From assembly GCA_965649225.1 (NCBI GenBank), contig CBFGJX010000002.1, positions 114,477-178,476 on the forward strand: a stretch of 64,000 nt of DNA. The letters are read 5' to 3'. This document shows positions 55,295-64,000 of this stretch, one piece after another; position 1 is the stretch's first letter, and each line of letters begins with the position of its first letter. Source of the DNA: a candidate division WOR-3 bacterium. GTDB taxonomy: Bacteria; Hydrothermota; Tepidihabitantia; Tepidihabitantales; Tepidihabitantaceae. The translations under genes and the position numbers were made by a program. The notes beneath the pieces were generated by a model. It did not search any database. It saw only the letters and a list, made by a program, of their open reading frames with translations, and was not told the DNA's origin.

Positions 55295-56382
55295 TGACAA
55301 CGCAGGTAGCCGTGATTGGCGGCGGCCCGGCAGGACTTTCGGCTGCGGCAACCGCGTCGCGCCTCGGCTGTCAGGTAACCCTCATTGACGACGGCCTGCG
55401 GCTGGGCGGCCAACTCATCAAACAGACCCACAAGTTCTTTGGTTCCAAGAGCCACTACTGCGGCATTCGCGGGATTGATATTGCGACTATCCTCGCCGAC
55501 GAAGTCGCACAGACCAGCACCACGGTCCTGACCGGGCACACTGTCGTCGGCTGTTTTGCGGACCGGATTCTCGGTGTGGCATCGAGCGAGAAATTCTTTC
55601 GTCTGCGCTATGAGAACCTGATTGTCGCAACCGGTGCAGCCGAAAACTCGATTCTCTTCGAAAACAACGACCTGCCCGGGGTTTACGGCGCCGGCGCGGT
55701 CCAGACGCTGATGAACGTTCACGGCGTACGACCAGGACACCGGGTCCTGATGGTCGGCTCGGGCAACATCGGCTTGATTGTCTCCTACCAGTTGCTGCAG
55801 GCCGGCATCAGTGTTGCCGCTGTCGTCGAGGCACTGCCCCGCATCGGCGACTACCATGTCCACGCCGCCAAACTCGCCCGGCTGGGCGTGCCGATCCTCA
55901 CCAGCCACACCATTCTTGCCGCTCACGGACGTGAGCGTGTCAGCGCCGCAACTATCTGCCGGGTAGACTCGCGCTTCCGCCCCCTGCGCCGCACTGCCCG
56001 CCGTTTGCGTGTCGATACAATCTGTCTTGCCGTTGGCCTGACACCACTTATCGAAACGCTCGACATGCTCGGGTGCCGGATGGTCTATATACCGGAACTG
56101 GGCGGCCGGGTCGCCTGGCACGACGAAAACATGATGACGACCGTCCCCGGAGTCTACGTTGCCGGCGATGTTTCAGGAATCGAGGAAGCGTCAACGGCGA
56201 TGCTGGAAGGTCGTCTGGCCGGAGCCCACGCCGCACTCTGTCTGCGCGGAGAATGCCGCCCCGACGCCGAACCGGTAATTGCAGCGGCCCGCTGCGAGCT
56301 CGCAGCCATCCGGCAGGGGCCCTTTGGTGACAAAGCTGCCTGCGGCAAGGCGCGGCTCGCCGAATGCCGCCTGACTGACTGA
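55291..56382 (+). CDS. FAD/NAD(P)-dependent oxidoreductase (sarcosine oxidase alpha/proline dehydrogenase-like)
   Basis: VIGGGPAG, GGQLIKQTHKFFGS, ATGA, NDLPGV, VAGDVSGIEEAS. Confidence 0.85.
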   Translation: MMTTQVAVIGGGPAGLSAAATASRLGCQVTLIDDGLRLGGQLIKQTHKFFGSKSHYCGIRGIDIATILADEVAQTSTTVLTGHTVVGCFADRILGVASSEKFFRLRYENLIVATGAAENSILFENNDLPGVYGAGAVQTLMNVHGVRPGHRVLMVGSGNIGLIVSYQLLQAGISVAAVVEALPRIGDYHVHAAKLARLGVPILTSHTILAAHGRERVSAATICRVDSRFRPLRRTARRLRVDTICLAVGLTPLIETLDMLGCRMVYIPELGGRVAWHDENMMTTVPGVYVAGDVSGIEEASTAMLEGRLAGAHAALCLRGECRPDAEPVIAAARCELAAIRQGPFGDKAACGKARLAECRLTD

Positions 56383-58553
56383 TGGCTGACAAAGCACCGG
56401 GTAGCCGGACAAACCGGACGGCCCGTTTGATTGAAACTCTGCTGCCGTGGCTGATTCTGGCTGTGGCGGTAGGTGTTTTTGTCTGGCACTCAGTCAGCAA
56501 CGCATTTCTTCAGGACGATTCCTTTATTACCTACCGCTACGCCCGCAACATCATTCGCGGCATCGGCCCGGTTTTCAACCCGGGCGAGAGAGTAGAAGGC
56601 TACACCAACTTCCTCTGGCTGATGCTGCTTTCGGCACTCGGTGTTCTGGGTCTGCCCTTCAGCACGATTATCCCCCTCTCGCAGGTGATCGGTGTAGCCG
56701 CCGGCATCGGCACGATTGTCATCAGCTACTTTCTGCTCAGACGACTGAGCATCGGCCCGTCCCTGCTCCGACCGCTGCCATTACTGCTCCTTGCGGCCAA
56801 TGGCTCGTTTGCCTACTGGGCCGTGAGCGGCATGGAATCAAGCCTGTTCGCCCTGCTGATTGCCGGTGCCACTCTCGCCTATTTCAGCTCTTCCGAACGA
56901 CGGTTGATTGTCTGCTCGGGTCTGCTCGGTCTCGCTGCCATCACCCGCCCCGAAGGACTGCTGTTTGCCGCTATCTTCATCCTGCACACCGCCGTCACCA
57001 CTCTCAGACACAGCAACCCCGACCGACGCTGGCATCAAATCGGTGTCAACCTGCTGGCCCTGCTGCTGCCGCTCATTGTCATCGTTGCCCCGCTTTACAT
57101 CTGGCGTCTTTCCTACTACGGCTGGCTCTTTCCCAACACCTTCTACGCCAAGACCGGCACCTCAGTTTCCTACATCAAGACCGGCCTCGACTACCTCTGG
57201 GGCTGGCTGCGTGCCTACGCCCTGTTCGGCATCCTGCCTGTGGTGACGGCAATACTCGCCCTGCGGTCACGCCCGGGCCGGCCGGTTGTAAGCTTTGCCT
57301 TGCTTGTGCTCGGCGTTTTTTCGGCCTACGTGGTTACGGTCGGCGGCGACGTGCTTCGCATCTACCGGTTCTTTGTCCCCGTTTACTTCCTGTTCTACCT
57401 GGTAATCGCGGAAGGACTCTGGGCACTGCCGGTGCCGCGCGCGGTCAGCGTCCTGATACTGCTGGCACTCGTACCCTACACCTACATCGGCCCGTTCGCC
57501 CCCGCCCGTTCGATGCACGCCGAGGTCAAACGCAACCTTGTACTGGAAAAGGGCCTGGTCGAGAAAATGAGCCTCACCGGCCGCTGGCTCAATCGGCAAC
57601 TCGGACCCGACGACTGGTTTGCCTGCCCGACCATCGGGGCAGCGTCATTCTACTCCGACCGCCGGCTCATCGACCTGCTCGGGCTGACCGACGCGGTCAT
57701 TGCCCACCACCCGGAAAACATTCTCGGCCCCCGGATTTACTGGAAGGAACGCAACTACAACACCCGCCATGTCCTCGAGCGCAACCCGCGCTATATCTAC
57801 TTTTCCACCGGCATCAAACCCTCAGCCGCCGCCGAACGGGCACTGTTTCTGCGCACCCGCTTCCGGGTCGGCTACTTCCCCTGTCCAATATCAATGATTG
57901 AAGGTGGGCAGATTTTCCCGGAAATCATCTACAAGGCCAAACCGGGCTCGGACACACTGCCGATTGAAACCCCCGGCGTCAACCCCGATTTCATTGACCT
58001 GTACAATCTCGCCATCAATTCGCTGCGGCTCGGCCCTGACACTGCCTACACGCTGTTTCGCCGCTGTCACGAAATTGCGCCAGCCGACTTCGCTTACCCG
58101 CTAGAATGGATGGGCGACATTGCGCTGCGCAGCAAACGCGAAGAGGAAGGCCGCCAGTTGCTCGAACAGGCCGTCGCAATCGACGACTGGTGCATCAACG
58201 CCCACATCAGCCTGGCCAACTTCTACTACAGCCGCGGAGACATCGAACGGGCGCTGCTCCACGCCGGCCGGGTGGTCGCTTACGCTCCCGACTACCACGA
58301 AGGCTACAACAACCTGTTTGCCGTGCTGGTGCAGGCCGGCCGTCCCGACTCGGCGGAAAAGGTCATCCTTGAAGCCATCAACCGCTTCCCGGCCATTGAC
58401 GACATGAAGCTGCGACTGGCCTATGCAAGAATGCTGGCCGGCCGGCTCGATGAGGCCGAAAGCGACCTGCGCGGCTATCTCGCCCGCAATCCCAACCATC
58501 GCGAAGCCCAGGCGATACTGCAGCAGCTTCGCGAACGCCGGGCCCGGCCCTAG
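56382..58553 (+). CDS. GT-C-fold membrane glycosyltransferase (AftB-like) with C-terminal TPRs
   Basis: DDSFITYRYARN...FNPGERVEGYTNFLW, SGME, TRPEG, PNTFYAK, GGD, IDLLGL; many TM helices; TPR tail. Confidence 0.75.
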   Translation: MADKAPGSRTNRTARLIETLLPWLILAVAVGVFVWHSVSNAFLQDDSFITYRYARNIIRGIGPVFNPGERVEGYTNFLWLMLLSALGVLGLPFSTIIPLSQVIGVAAGIGTIVISYFLLRRLSIGPSLLRPLPLLLLAANGSFAYWAVSGMESSLFALLIAGATLAYFSSSERRLIVCSGLLGLAAITRPEGLLFAAIFILHTAVTTLRHSNPDRRWHQIGVNLLALLLPLIVIVAPLYIWRLSYYGWLFPNTFYAKTGTSVSYIKTGLDYLWGWLRAYALFGILPVVTAILALRSRPGRPVVSFALLVLGVFSAYVVTVGGDVLRIYRFFVPVYFLFYLVIAEGLWALPVPRAVSVLILLALVPYTYIGPFAPARSMHAEVKRNLVLEKGLVEKMSLTGRWLNRQLGPDDWFACPTIGAASFYSDRRLIDLLGLTDAVIAHHPENILGPRIYWKERNYNTRHVLERNPRYIYFSTGIKPSAAAERALFLRTRFRVGYFPCPISMIEGGQIFPEIIYKAKPGSDTLPIETPGVNPDFIDLYNLAINSLRLGPDTAYTLFRRCHEIAPADFAYPLEWMGDIALRSKREEEGRQLLEQAVAIDDWCINAHISLANFYYSRGDIERALLHAGRVVAYAPDYHEGYNNLFAVLVQAGRPDSAEKVILEAINRFPAIDDMKLRLAYARMLAGRLDEAESDLRGYLARNPNHREAQAILQQLRERRARP

Positions 58554-59425
58554 ATTTTCAGATAGACAATCAACACCGCGCTGATGATATAGAGCGCAAT
58601 ATCAATAATCAGCGGCAGGTCAGTCAGAAAAACCTTTTCCGGCGCTCCCCCCATCTCCTTCTGATACACCAGGTACAGATACCGGTAAATGCCGTAGAGC
58701 ACGAAAGGAACGGTCAGAATCAGGTAACTGGTCCCGAACTTGGCCACCGTTTCCGGCGCAATCGTGTACAGACAATAGGCAATCACGGTGGAGGAAGTCG
58801 CCACCGCCATCATCTGGTCGAGCAGTGTTTCGGAGTACTTGCCGAGAACCGTCCGGTGCGAAATTCCGCCCCCCTCCAGAAACAGAAGCTCGTGGCGACG
58901 CTTGGCAATGGCAACAAACAAAGCCAGCAGAATCGTGCAGACAAACAGCCACGGCGACAGGCTGACGTGGACGACCAGCGTGCCGGCAATCGCCCGCAGC
59001 GCAAACCCCGCCGCCACGATCATCACGTCCAGCACCACCAGTTGCTTCAAACGCAGTGAGTAGCCGAGCTGCATCACCAGATAACCGACCACCAGCACGC
59101 CGAACCGCCAGTCCAGCGCAAACGAACCGGCGATGCCCAACACCCCGACCACGCCGGCCCAGACCATCGCCGTGCCGGTAGTGATGCGGCCGGAAGCGAT
59201 CGGTCGCCGCTGCTTGACCGGGTGCCGTCGGTCGCTTTCACGGTCAACAAGGTCATTAATGATGTAGACCGCACCGGACGCAAGGCAGAAGGCGACAAAT
59301 GCCCCCAGCGTCCTCAGGAAACTGGCAAGGTGAAAGAGGTTGCGGGAGAAAATCAGCGCGGCGAAAATCAGCAGATTCTTGATCCACTGCTTTGGCCGCA
59401 TCGAGCGAATCAGATCCAACAACAT
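58550..59425 (-). CDS. UbiA-family decaprenyl-phosphate phosphoribosyltransferase
   Basis: MRPKQWIKN, YIINDLVD..SDR.HP.K..RPIASG, KRRHE, YGIYRY; promoter TTGACC(59460)-17-TAGTCT(59437). Confidence 0.88.
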   Translation of the reverse strand: MLLDLIRSMRPKQWIKNLLIFAALIFSRNLFHLASFLRTLGAFVAFCLASGAVYIINDLVDRESDRRHPVKQRRPIASGRITTGTAMVWAGVVGVLGIAGSFALDWRFGVLVVGYLVMQLGYSLRLKQLVVLDVMIVAAGFALRAIAGTLVVHVSLSPWLFVCTILLALFVAIAKRRHELLFLEGGGISHRTVLGKYSETLLDQMMAVATSSTVIAYCLYTIAPETVAKFGTSYLILTVPFVLYGIYRYLYLVYQKEMGGAPEKVFLTDLPLIIDIALYIISAVLIVYLKI

Positions 59426-59624
59426 CGGGCAAGACTAACGTCAGACAACGGCCGGGTCAACCACCGACAGAATCAATCCGCTGGCCAGCGGCACTCCCTC
59501 CAAAATCACCAACCACCGCCCGCACCATTGACCGCCACTCCCGACCAAACCGACCCTGTAAAGCGCGCCCTGCCGATTGTCGGTATCGTTATCGCGACGC
59601 TGGCTGCGAGAACCGGCCGCGGGC

Positions 59625-60098
59625 TCAGGCTTTGGGCGGAGTGAGCAGGTCGGACTGAGTTTCGGCCAGACCCATTGCCATCTGTTCGAGCGTCTCGATG
59701 AACACGGCAAGGTTCTTGGGCGGAACGCGGCGCATCATCCGGGCCAGGCCACGGCGCCGGGCATCGTTGAGTTTGGCTGCAGTCCGCCGACCTTTGCGCG
59801 TCAGGCTGACCAGCACCACGCGCCGGTCCTCGGTCGAGTGCCGCCGCTCGACGATGCCGCGGGCCTCGAGCCGGTCAACCAGACCGGTGGCGTTGGCGCG
59901 CGACAGGCCAAGCAGCCGGGCCAGCTCGTTCATCTTCACGCTGTCTTTGTTCAGCAGCACCATCAGTATCAGCGTCTGGGAAAACGAGAACTCGCGTTCC
60001 AAACCTTCGACCGCGGGCATCAGCCGAAGCCCCCGGACCAGGATTGGCCCGAGCCACTCCAGTTTTGCGAGATAGAAGCTCTCTTGTTTGCCAGCCAC
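59625..60098 (-). CDS. MarR-family transcriptional regulator
   Basis: MNELARLLGLSRANATGLVDRLE..G.VER....EDRRV..V.LT..G; promoter TTGACC-16-CATAAT (60131-60104). Confidence 0.9.
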   Translation of the reverse strand: MAGKQESFYLAKLEWLGPILVRGLRLMPAVEGLEREFSFSQTLILMVLLNKDSVKMNELARLLGLSRANATGLVDRLEARGIVERRHSTEDRRVVLVSLTRKGRRTAAKLNDARRRGLARMMRRVPPKNLAVFIETLEQMAMGLAETQSDLLTPPKA

Positions 60099-60177
60099 GG
60101 CCAATTATGGCCGACCCGGCCGGACGGTCAAGCGCCGTCCCGCAATGAAGTTCTCAGGCCGGCAAATCTCCGCTCCT

Positions 60178-60912
60178 TCAGCGTACCGCACTGCCATTCC
60201 TGCCCTGCCTGTTTAGCTGAAGCAGCAGTTCCTCTGCGGCCGGCCTGTCATAGAGCATGAATTCGGCCGGATGGGCAGGGCGGGTCTCGGCCAGTATCCG
60301 ACACAGATGGCTGCGTGCTTCCTGTTCCCGGCCCAGGTGCAACAGGACCCGGACCAGTTCGAGCCTGATGAGGGTGTAACTGGAATCGGCGGCAAGCCCA
60401 CGGCGCAGATACTTTTCTGCCCGCGCTGGACTGCCGCCGGCAAAGGCAGGGAGTTCAAGATAGAGCCGGCCCAATGCATACCAGCCGAGAGCGAAACCGG
60501 AATCCAGTTCGACCGCACGTTCGAAAGCTGCGCGCACCGGCCCGAGCAGCCCCAGAGAACTGATGATGCCCCGTACCCGACCGGCACTGCCCTGCGCCGT
60601 CGCCCACCAGAAGTGCCCGGCCGGCAGGTCGGGCCGGGTGCGGCGCAGGGTGTCGGCCACGGCCGCAGCCCGCTCATACCAGCGCAACTTCTCGGCCGCG
60701 GTGCCGGCCCGGTCACCGTATTCAAGACACATCCGCACCTGAAGCGCAAGCAGGCCAGGGTCAGCCGGCCTCTGCTTTCGCGCATCCGCAACCAGGGCCC
60801 AGGCGCTCTCCAGAAGTCCGGGCCCGAGATGGCGATTCAGGTAGAGCGACTCGGCGCGGACCACAGGCGGCTGGAACGCGGTCACCAGCGTCAGGATACC
60901 GAGTACAGTCAC
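60178..60912 (-). CDS. Exported TPR-like protein (TatT-like)
   Basis: Signal peptide; GHFW...A.G..., ALGRLY.ELP.FAGG. Confidence 0.65.
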   Translation of the reverse strand: MTVLGILTLVTAFQPPVVRAESLYLNRHLGPGLLESAWALVADARKQRPADPGLLALQVRMCLEYGDRAGTAAEKLRWYERAAAVADTLRRTRPDLPAGHFWWATAQGSAGRVRGIISSLGLLGPVRAAFERAVELDSGFALGWYALGRLYLELPAFAGGSPARAEKYLRRGLAADSSYTLIRLELVRVLLHLGREQEARSHLCRILAETRPAHPAEFMLYDRPAAEELLLQLNRQGRNGSAVR

Positions 60913-60933
60913 CCCTCTCGCCTCATTCCATCG

Positions 60934-62235
60934 CTAGAACCGGAATCGCGCGCCGAGAAAAGCCATGTCGTTATCAGCGAGCGGGGCGAAGGCCGAACCG
61001 CTCTCTCCTCCGAACAGCATCGCGCCGAGCTCAACTTCAGCAACCGACACGGGTCGGATAGTCAGCACCGGCTGGAAAGCCCACGAGCCGTCGCGCAGGT
61101 CGAATGCGCCACCCAGGCGCACCTTCAGCCGGGTGGCGAGAAACTCACGCTCGATTGCGCCGAGGACAAAATCCTTGCCCGCACCGGACGCACCCGCGGC
61201 CAGGGCCAGCGGGAAACCGCCGCGAAGGTACTGAGCATTGAGGTAGAACCCGGCGACCGAGTAATCCAACCCGGCAATCAATTCCAGTTCATCGTCGGGC
61301 AGGCTGTCGTCGTTGAGCGAGTAAGCTGCCTCGGCGCGCAGGCCCACGCCGGCGAGGTCGGCCGCGAAGTCGGCTCCGACCACAGTGCGGCGGGGAAAAC
61401 TGCCGACGAGGGTGAAACGGTAATCGAAGCTGTCGACGCTCACGACCGGTGCGTACCCGGGCAGAAAACCCCAACCGCGCAGGACGCTGGCCGACAGATC
61501 GAAACTGCCGAAGTGGGTCCGGGCCCGAAGCCCGCCGGTGAAGTTTTCGAGGCTGTTTGCGGGGAGGTCAAGCTGCTCCGCCACACTGATGTTGTACAAC
61601 CCGGAGAGGTAGCGTGCGGTCGCCGTGTCGTAGCCGTTGCCGATGAGACCGAGCCTGATGCCCTCGCGGAGTTCGTCGACGCTGGGCAGCATCTTCACGC
61701 TGTACCACCGCGACGTGGTGCCGAGCGCCGGCTCGAATACCGGCTTGAATGCCGCCTCGATGCCGAATGCCTGCACCGGCGCGTACTCAGCCAGGGTCAG
61801 CCACGCCGGACGGCGCGCGTCCCAGACCAGCGGGTCGGAGTAGTCCGGTGCGCAGAGATTGTCGGTCGGATTGACCCCGTCACCGGTGCCCCAGTGAACC
61901 TTCTGTCGCCCCAGCGTCAGACTCAGACCCGGCAGGGCGTCGGGAAACTGAAGCCACGCTTCGTTGACGAGCAGCGACACTGGCTCGCGCCTGCCCGACT
62001 CAGCCATGTCGGCATAGCCACTGATTGCGGCCAGACCGTCGGCCCGCAACTCAACCCCGAGCCGGCCCCGCACCCGCCCGCCGAGGTCCGGTGAGTAACC
62101 GAGAACGGCCCGCGTCTCAAACCAGCTCACCGCCGCGCTGTCGAGCGTACCGAGCCGCAACTGAATACGCGAGCTGACCTCGCCGTCCGGCCCCGCCGCC
62201 AGCAGCGCGAGCACTGCAACTGCCGCTGTAGTCAT
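60934..62235 (-). CDS. Outer-membrane beta-barrel protein (DUF1302-like)
   Basis: Signal peptide; EAW, LGRQKVHWGTGD..NPTD; terminal RFRF. Confidence 0.7.
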   Translation of the reverse strand: MTTAAVAVLALLAAGPDGEVSSRIQLRLGTLDSAAVSWFETRAVLGYSPDLGGRVRGRLGVELRADGLAAISGYADMAESGRREPVSLLVNEAWLQFPDALPGLSLTLGRQKVHWGTGDGVNPTDNLCAPDYSDPLVWDARRPAWLTLAEYAPVQAFGIEAAFKPVFEPALGTTSRWYSVKMLPSVDELREGIRLGLIGNGYDTATARYLSGLYNISVAEQLDLPANSLENFTGGLRARTHFGSFDLSASVLRGWGFLPGYAPVVSVDSFDYRFTLVGSFPRRTVVGADFAADLAGVGLRAEAAYSLNDDSLPDDELELIAGLDYSVAGFYLNAQYLRGGFPLALAAGASGAGKDFVLGAIEREFLATRLKVRLGGAFDLRDGSWAFQPVLTIRPVSVAEVELGAMLFGGESGSAFAPLADNDMAFLGARFRF

Positions 62236-62236
62236 C

Positions 62237-62968
62237 TCACACCCCCTTCTTCAGGTTTGCCTCGGTGAACAGATTGTCCTTGATGCCGGTATTCAGCTGC
62301 ACGTCGGTGAGCTTGAGCTCGGTGCGGCTGCCGCGGGCCAGGTCACGCACCGTCACGAGCCGCGGTACCCAGCTCTCGCCCGACTGGATGAAATCGCCGA
62401 ACTGGACCCGCTTTGACGGCTTGCCCGCACGGTCAAACCGGGTCAGCTCCAGCGGCAGAAACCGGTCCCGGTCAACCACGAGCCGGCTGATGACGCCGTC
62501 GCCCTCGCGGGTAGAGACGACCCACGCCGCCCTGCCGGCGACAGTCGTATCTTTGAGGTCTTCGACCCTGCCCTGGTCCGCGAACGAAATATTTGCCATT
62601 TCGCCGTAGGAGAAGTCAGAGCCGGCCAGTCCCTGGTCTGCCATCGCTCCGGCCACGCGACGCACCCGCCCCCGGGCCGGCAGGTATATCCACATGTTCT
62701 CGGGCGAGGTCGAAAGGAACGACACGCCCTTCAGGTCAGCCGGCGACTCGAAGGTCATCAACAGCTTGTCGTTCCCCTTCATCACCATTCGCAGGCTTCG
62801 GGTCTGAACCCGTCCGTTGCGGTCGGTGATGGTCATCGTCGCCCGTGCCCGCCGGTCGGTCGCGGTCGTGACCTGACGAACCCGGTCGATTATCTGCTGC
62901 CCGGACAGCGCCTCGCCCCCCTGGACGAGGCCGACCGCACAAAGCAGCACGAGTGCAAGGTTTCTCAT
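62237..62968 (-). CDS. Outer-membrane lipoprotein-sorting (LolA-like) protein
   Basis: F.SPADLKGVSFL, WIYLPA...RRV, GSDFSY. Confidence 0.85.
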   Translation of the reverse strand: MRNLALVLLCAVGLVQGGEALSGQQIIDRVRQVTTATDRRARATMTITDRNGRVQTRSLRMVMKGNDKLLMTFESPADLKGVSFLSTSPENMWIYLPARGRVRRVAGAMADQGLAGSDFSYGEMANISFADQGRVEDLKDTTVAGRAAWVVSTREGDGVISRLVVDRDRFLPLELTRFDRAGKPSKRVQFGDFIQSGESWVPRLVTVRDLARGSRTELKLTDVQLNTGIKDNLFTEANLKKGV

Positions 62969-64000
62969 TGATCACTCCTTGAGCCGGCGCTGCGAGTCGG
63001 TCTCGGCGAGAGCACGACCGGCAGCACCAGCAAGGCCCCGGCGCTCGATATGAGCATCGTGCCGGCGACCAGTGTTCCGAACTTCTGGATTATTGAAAGC
63101 GACGAAAGCGTAAGTACCGCAAAGCCCAGGCCAACCGCCAGCGCGTTCGCGACGATGCCCGGCCCGGAGCCCGCGACCGCGCGCAGGGCTGCGCCCGCCC
63201 GACCACCAGCCTCCGACTCTTCGCGATACCGGGCAATGAGGTGACATGAATAATCGATGCCGACGCCGATGGCAATGGACCCGAGCATCGCCGTCACCAG
63301 GTCAACGCTGGTGTGTGTCGCTCCCATCACACCAAAGGAAATGGCGAGTGTCAGCGCCAGCGGCAGGAGCGACGCGAGGCCGAGCCGCACCGACCTGAAG
63401 CTGATGGCCAGCAGGAGAAACACGGCGACCATCGCCGCGATGATGCTGATGAGCTGGTTGCGCTGGATCGCCCGGTCGAGCGCGAAGATGGCCATCGGCA
63501 TGCCGCCGACCGACACTTTGTCGGATGCCAGAAACACTTCGCGCTTCAGGCTGTCGATTGCCCTCATCGCCACGCCGATGTCGCGGCTCTCCTGCCGCCC
63601 GAACCGCGCCGTGATGCGCGCGAGCCGGTAGTCGGGCGTCACGTAAGAGGCGAGAAAGTCCGACCCGGACAGCGACAGCACGAACAGGTACTGTGCGATC
63701 TCCGCACGAGTGTCGGGCAAGCGGTCGTACTCGGCCGCGCCGGAGTTGAACGCCCGATTCGTAGACCGCACCACGTCCGCAATCGAGAAGACGCTGGAGA
63801 TGTTGGGTATGGCCTCAAGCCCCCGCTCGAACCGCTCCATCCGACCAAGCAGACCCGGGTCTTGGACATCGCCCTCGACCACAAACTCGAACTGATAGGC
63901 GCCGCCGAACCTCTCGTTCACGACCCGCGCCGCGCGCACCGGTACCGAGCCCTTCTTGAAGTAGCTGATGAAATCAGTCTGGGGCTGCACGCGCACTGCC
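62965..64000 (-). CDS. MMPL/RND-family transporter, C-terminal part (runs off window end)
   Basis: SIAIGVGIDYSCH, TM bundle, periplasmic SIAD segment. Confidence 0.85.
   Translation of the reverse strand, partial: AVRVQPQTDFISYFKKGSVPVRAARVVNERFGGAYQFEFVVEGDVQDPGLLGRMERFERGLEAIPNISSVFSIADVVRSTNRAFNSGAAEYDRLPDTRAEIAQYLFVLSLSGSDFLASYVTPDYRLARITARFGRQESRDIGVAMRAIDSLKREVFLASDKVSVGGMPMAIFALDRAIQRNQLISIIAAMVAVFLLLAISFRSVRLGLASLLPLALTLAISFGVMGATHTSVDLVTAMLGSIAIGVGIDYSCHLIARYREESEAGGRAGAALRAVAGSGPGIVANALAVGLGFAVLTLSSLSIIQKFGTLVAGTMLISSAGALLVLPVVLSPRPTRSAGSRSDQ

Noticed and set aside
56447..57901. 484-aa alternative-frame ORF inside the GT-C gene
   Set aside because: Arg/Pro/His-rich, low-complexity product typical of an off-frame read

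Overview
A 64-kb, GC-rich bacterial chromosomal segment using the standard genetic code (TGA ends eno, glyA and gdhA). It has many secreted proteins with T9SS/FlgD-like C-terminal domains, which suggests an FCB-related candidate lineage such as WOR-3 (inference only). Housekeeping genes include the gpsA 3' end, purM, xerD, nadB, tadA, trmI, a btuFCD-like ABC transporter, eno, glyA, gdhA, xseAB, hbd, purQ, tRNA-Ser(CGA) and tRNA-Arg(ACG). Accessory loci include an alpha-2-macroglobulin/pbpC pair, secreted M6 and C25 proteases, a five-gene synthase-type exopolysaccharide locus, a DPPR-synthase/GT-C pair and an MMPL lipid-transport-like operon. The strongest discovery is at 44467-45378. Two ORFs that the ORF track splits are one reading frame interrupted by a single TGA (45037-45039). 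Exactly 11 nt after it lies an fdhF-type SECIS hairpin (GGCGG-AGGTCT-CCGCC). This predicts a 303-aa signal-peptide-bearing, CTD-tagged selenoprotein, a type I do not recognise among known selenoprotein families, co-transcribed with an LVIVD-repeat protein. Other notable signals are tRNA-Arg(ACG) abutting its own editing enzyme tadA, a structured RNA candidate behind tRNA-Ser, an apparent ACG start codon, and several apparently leaderless genes. No CRISPR array, rRNA, IS or prophage was seen.
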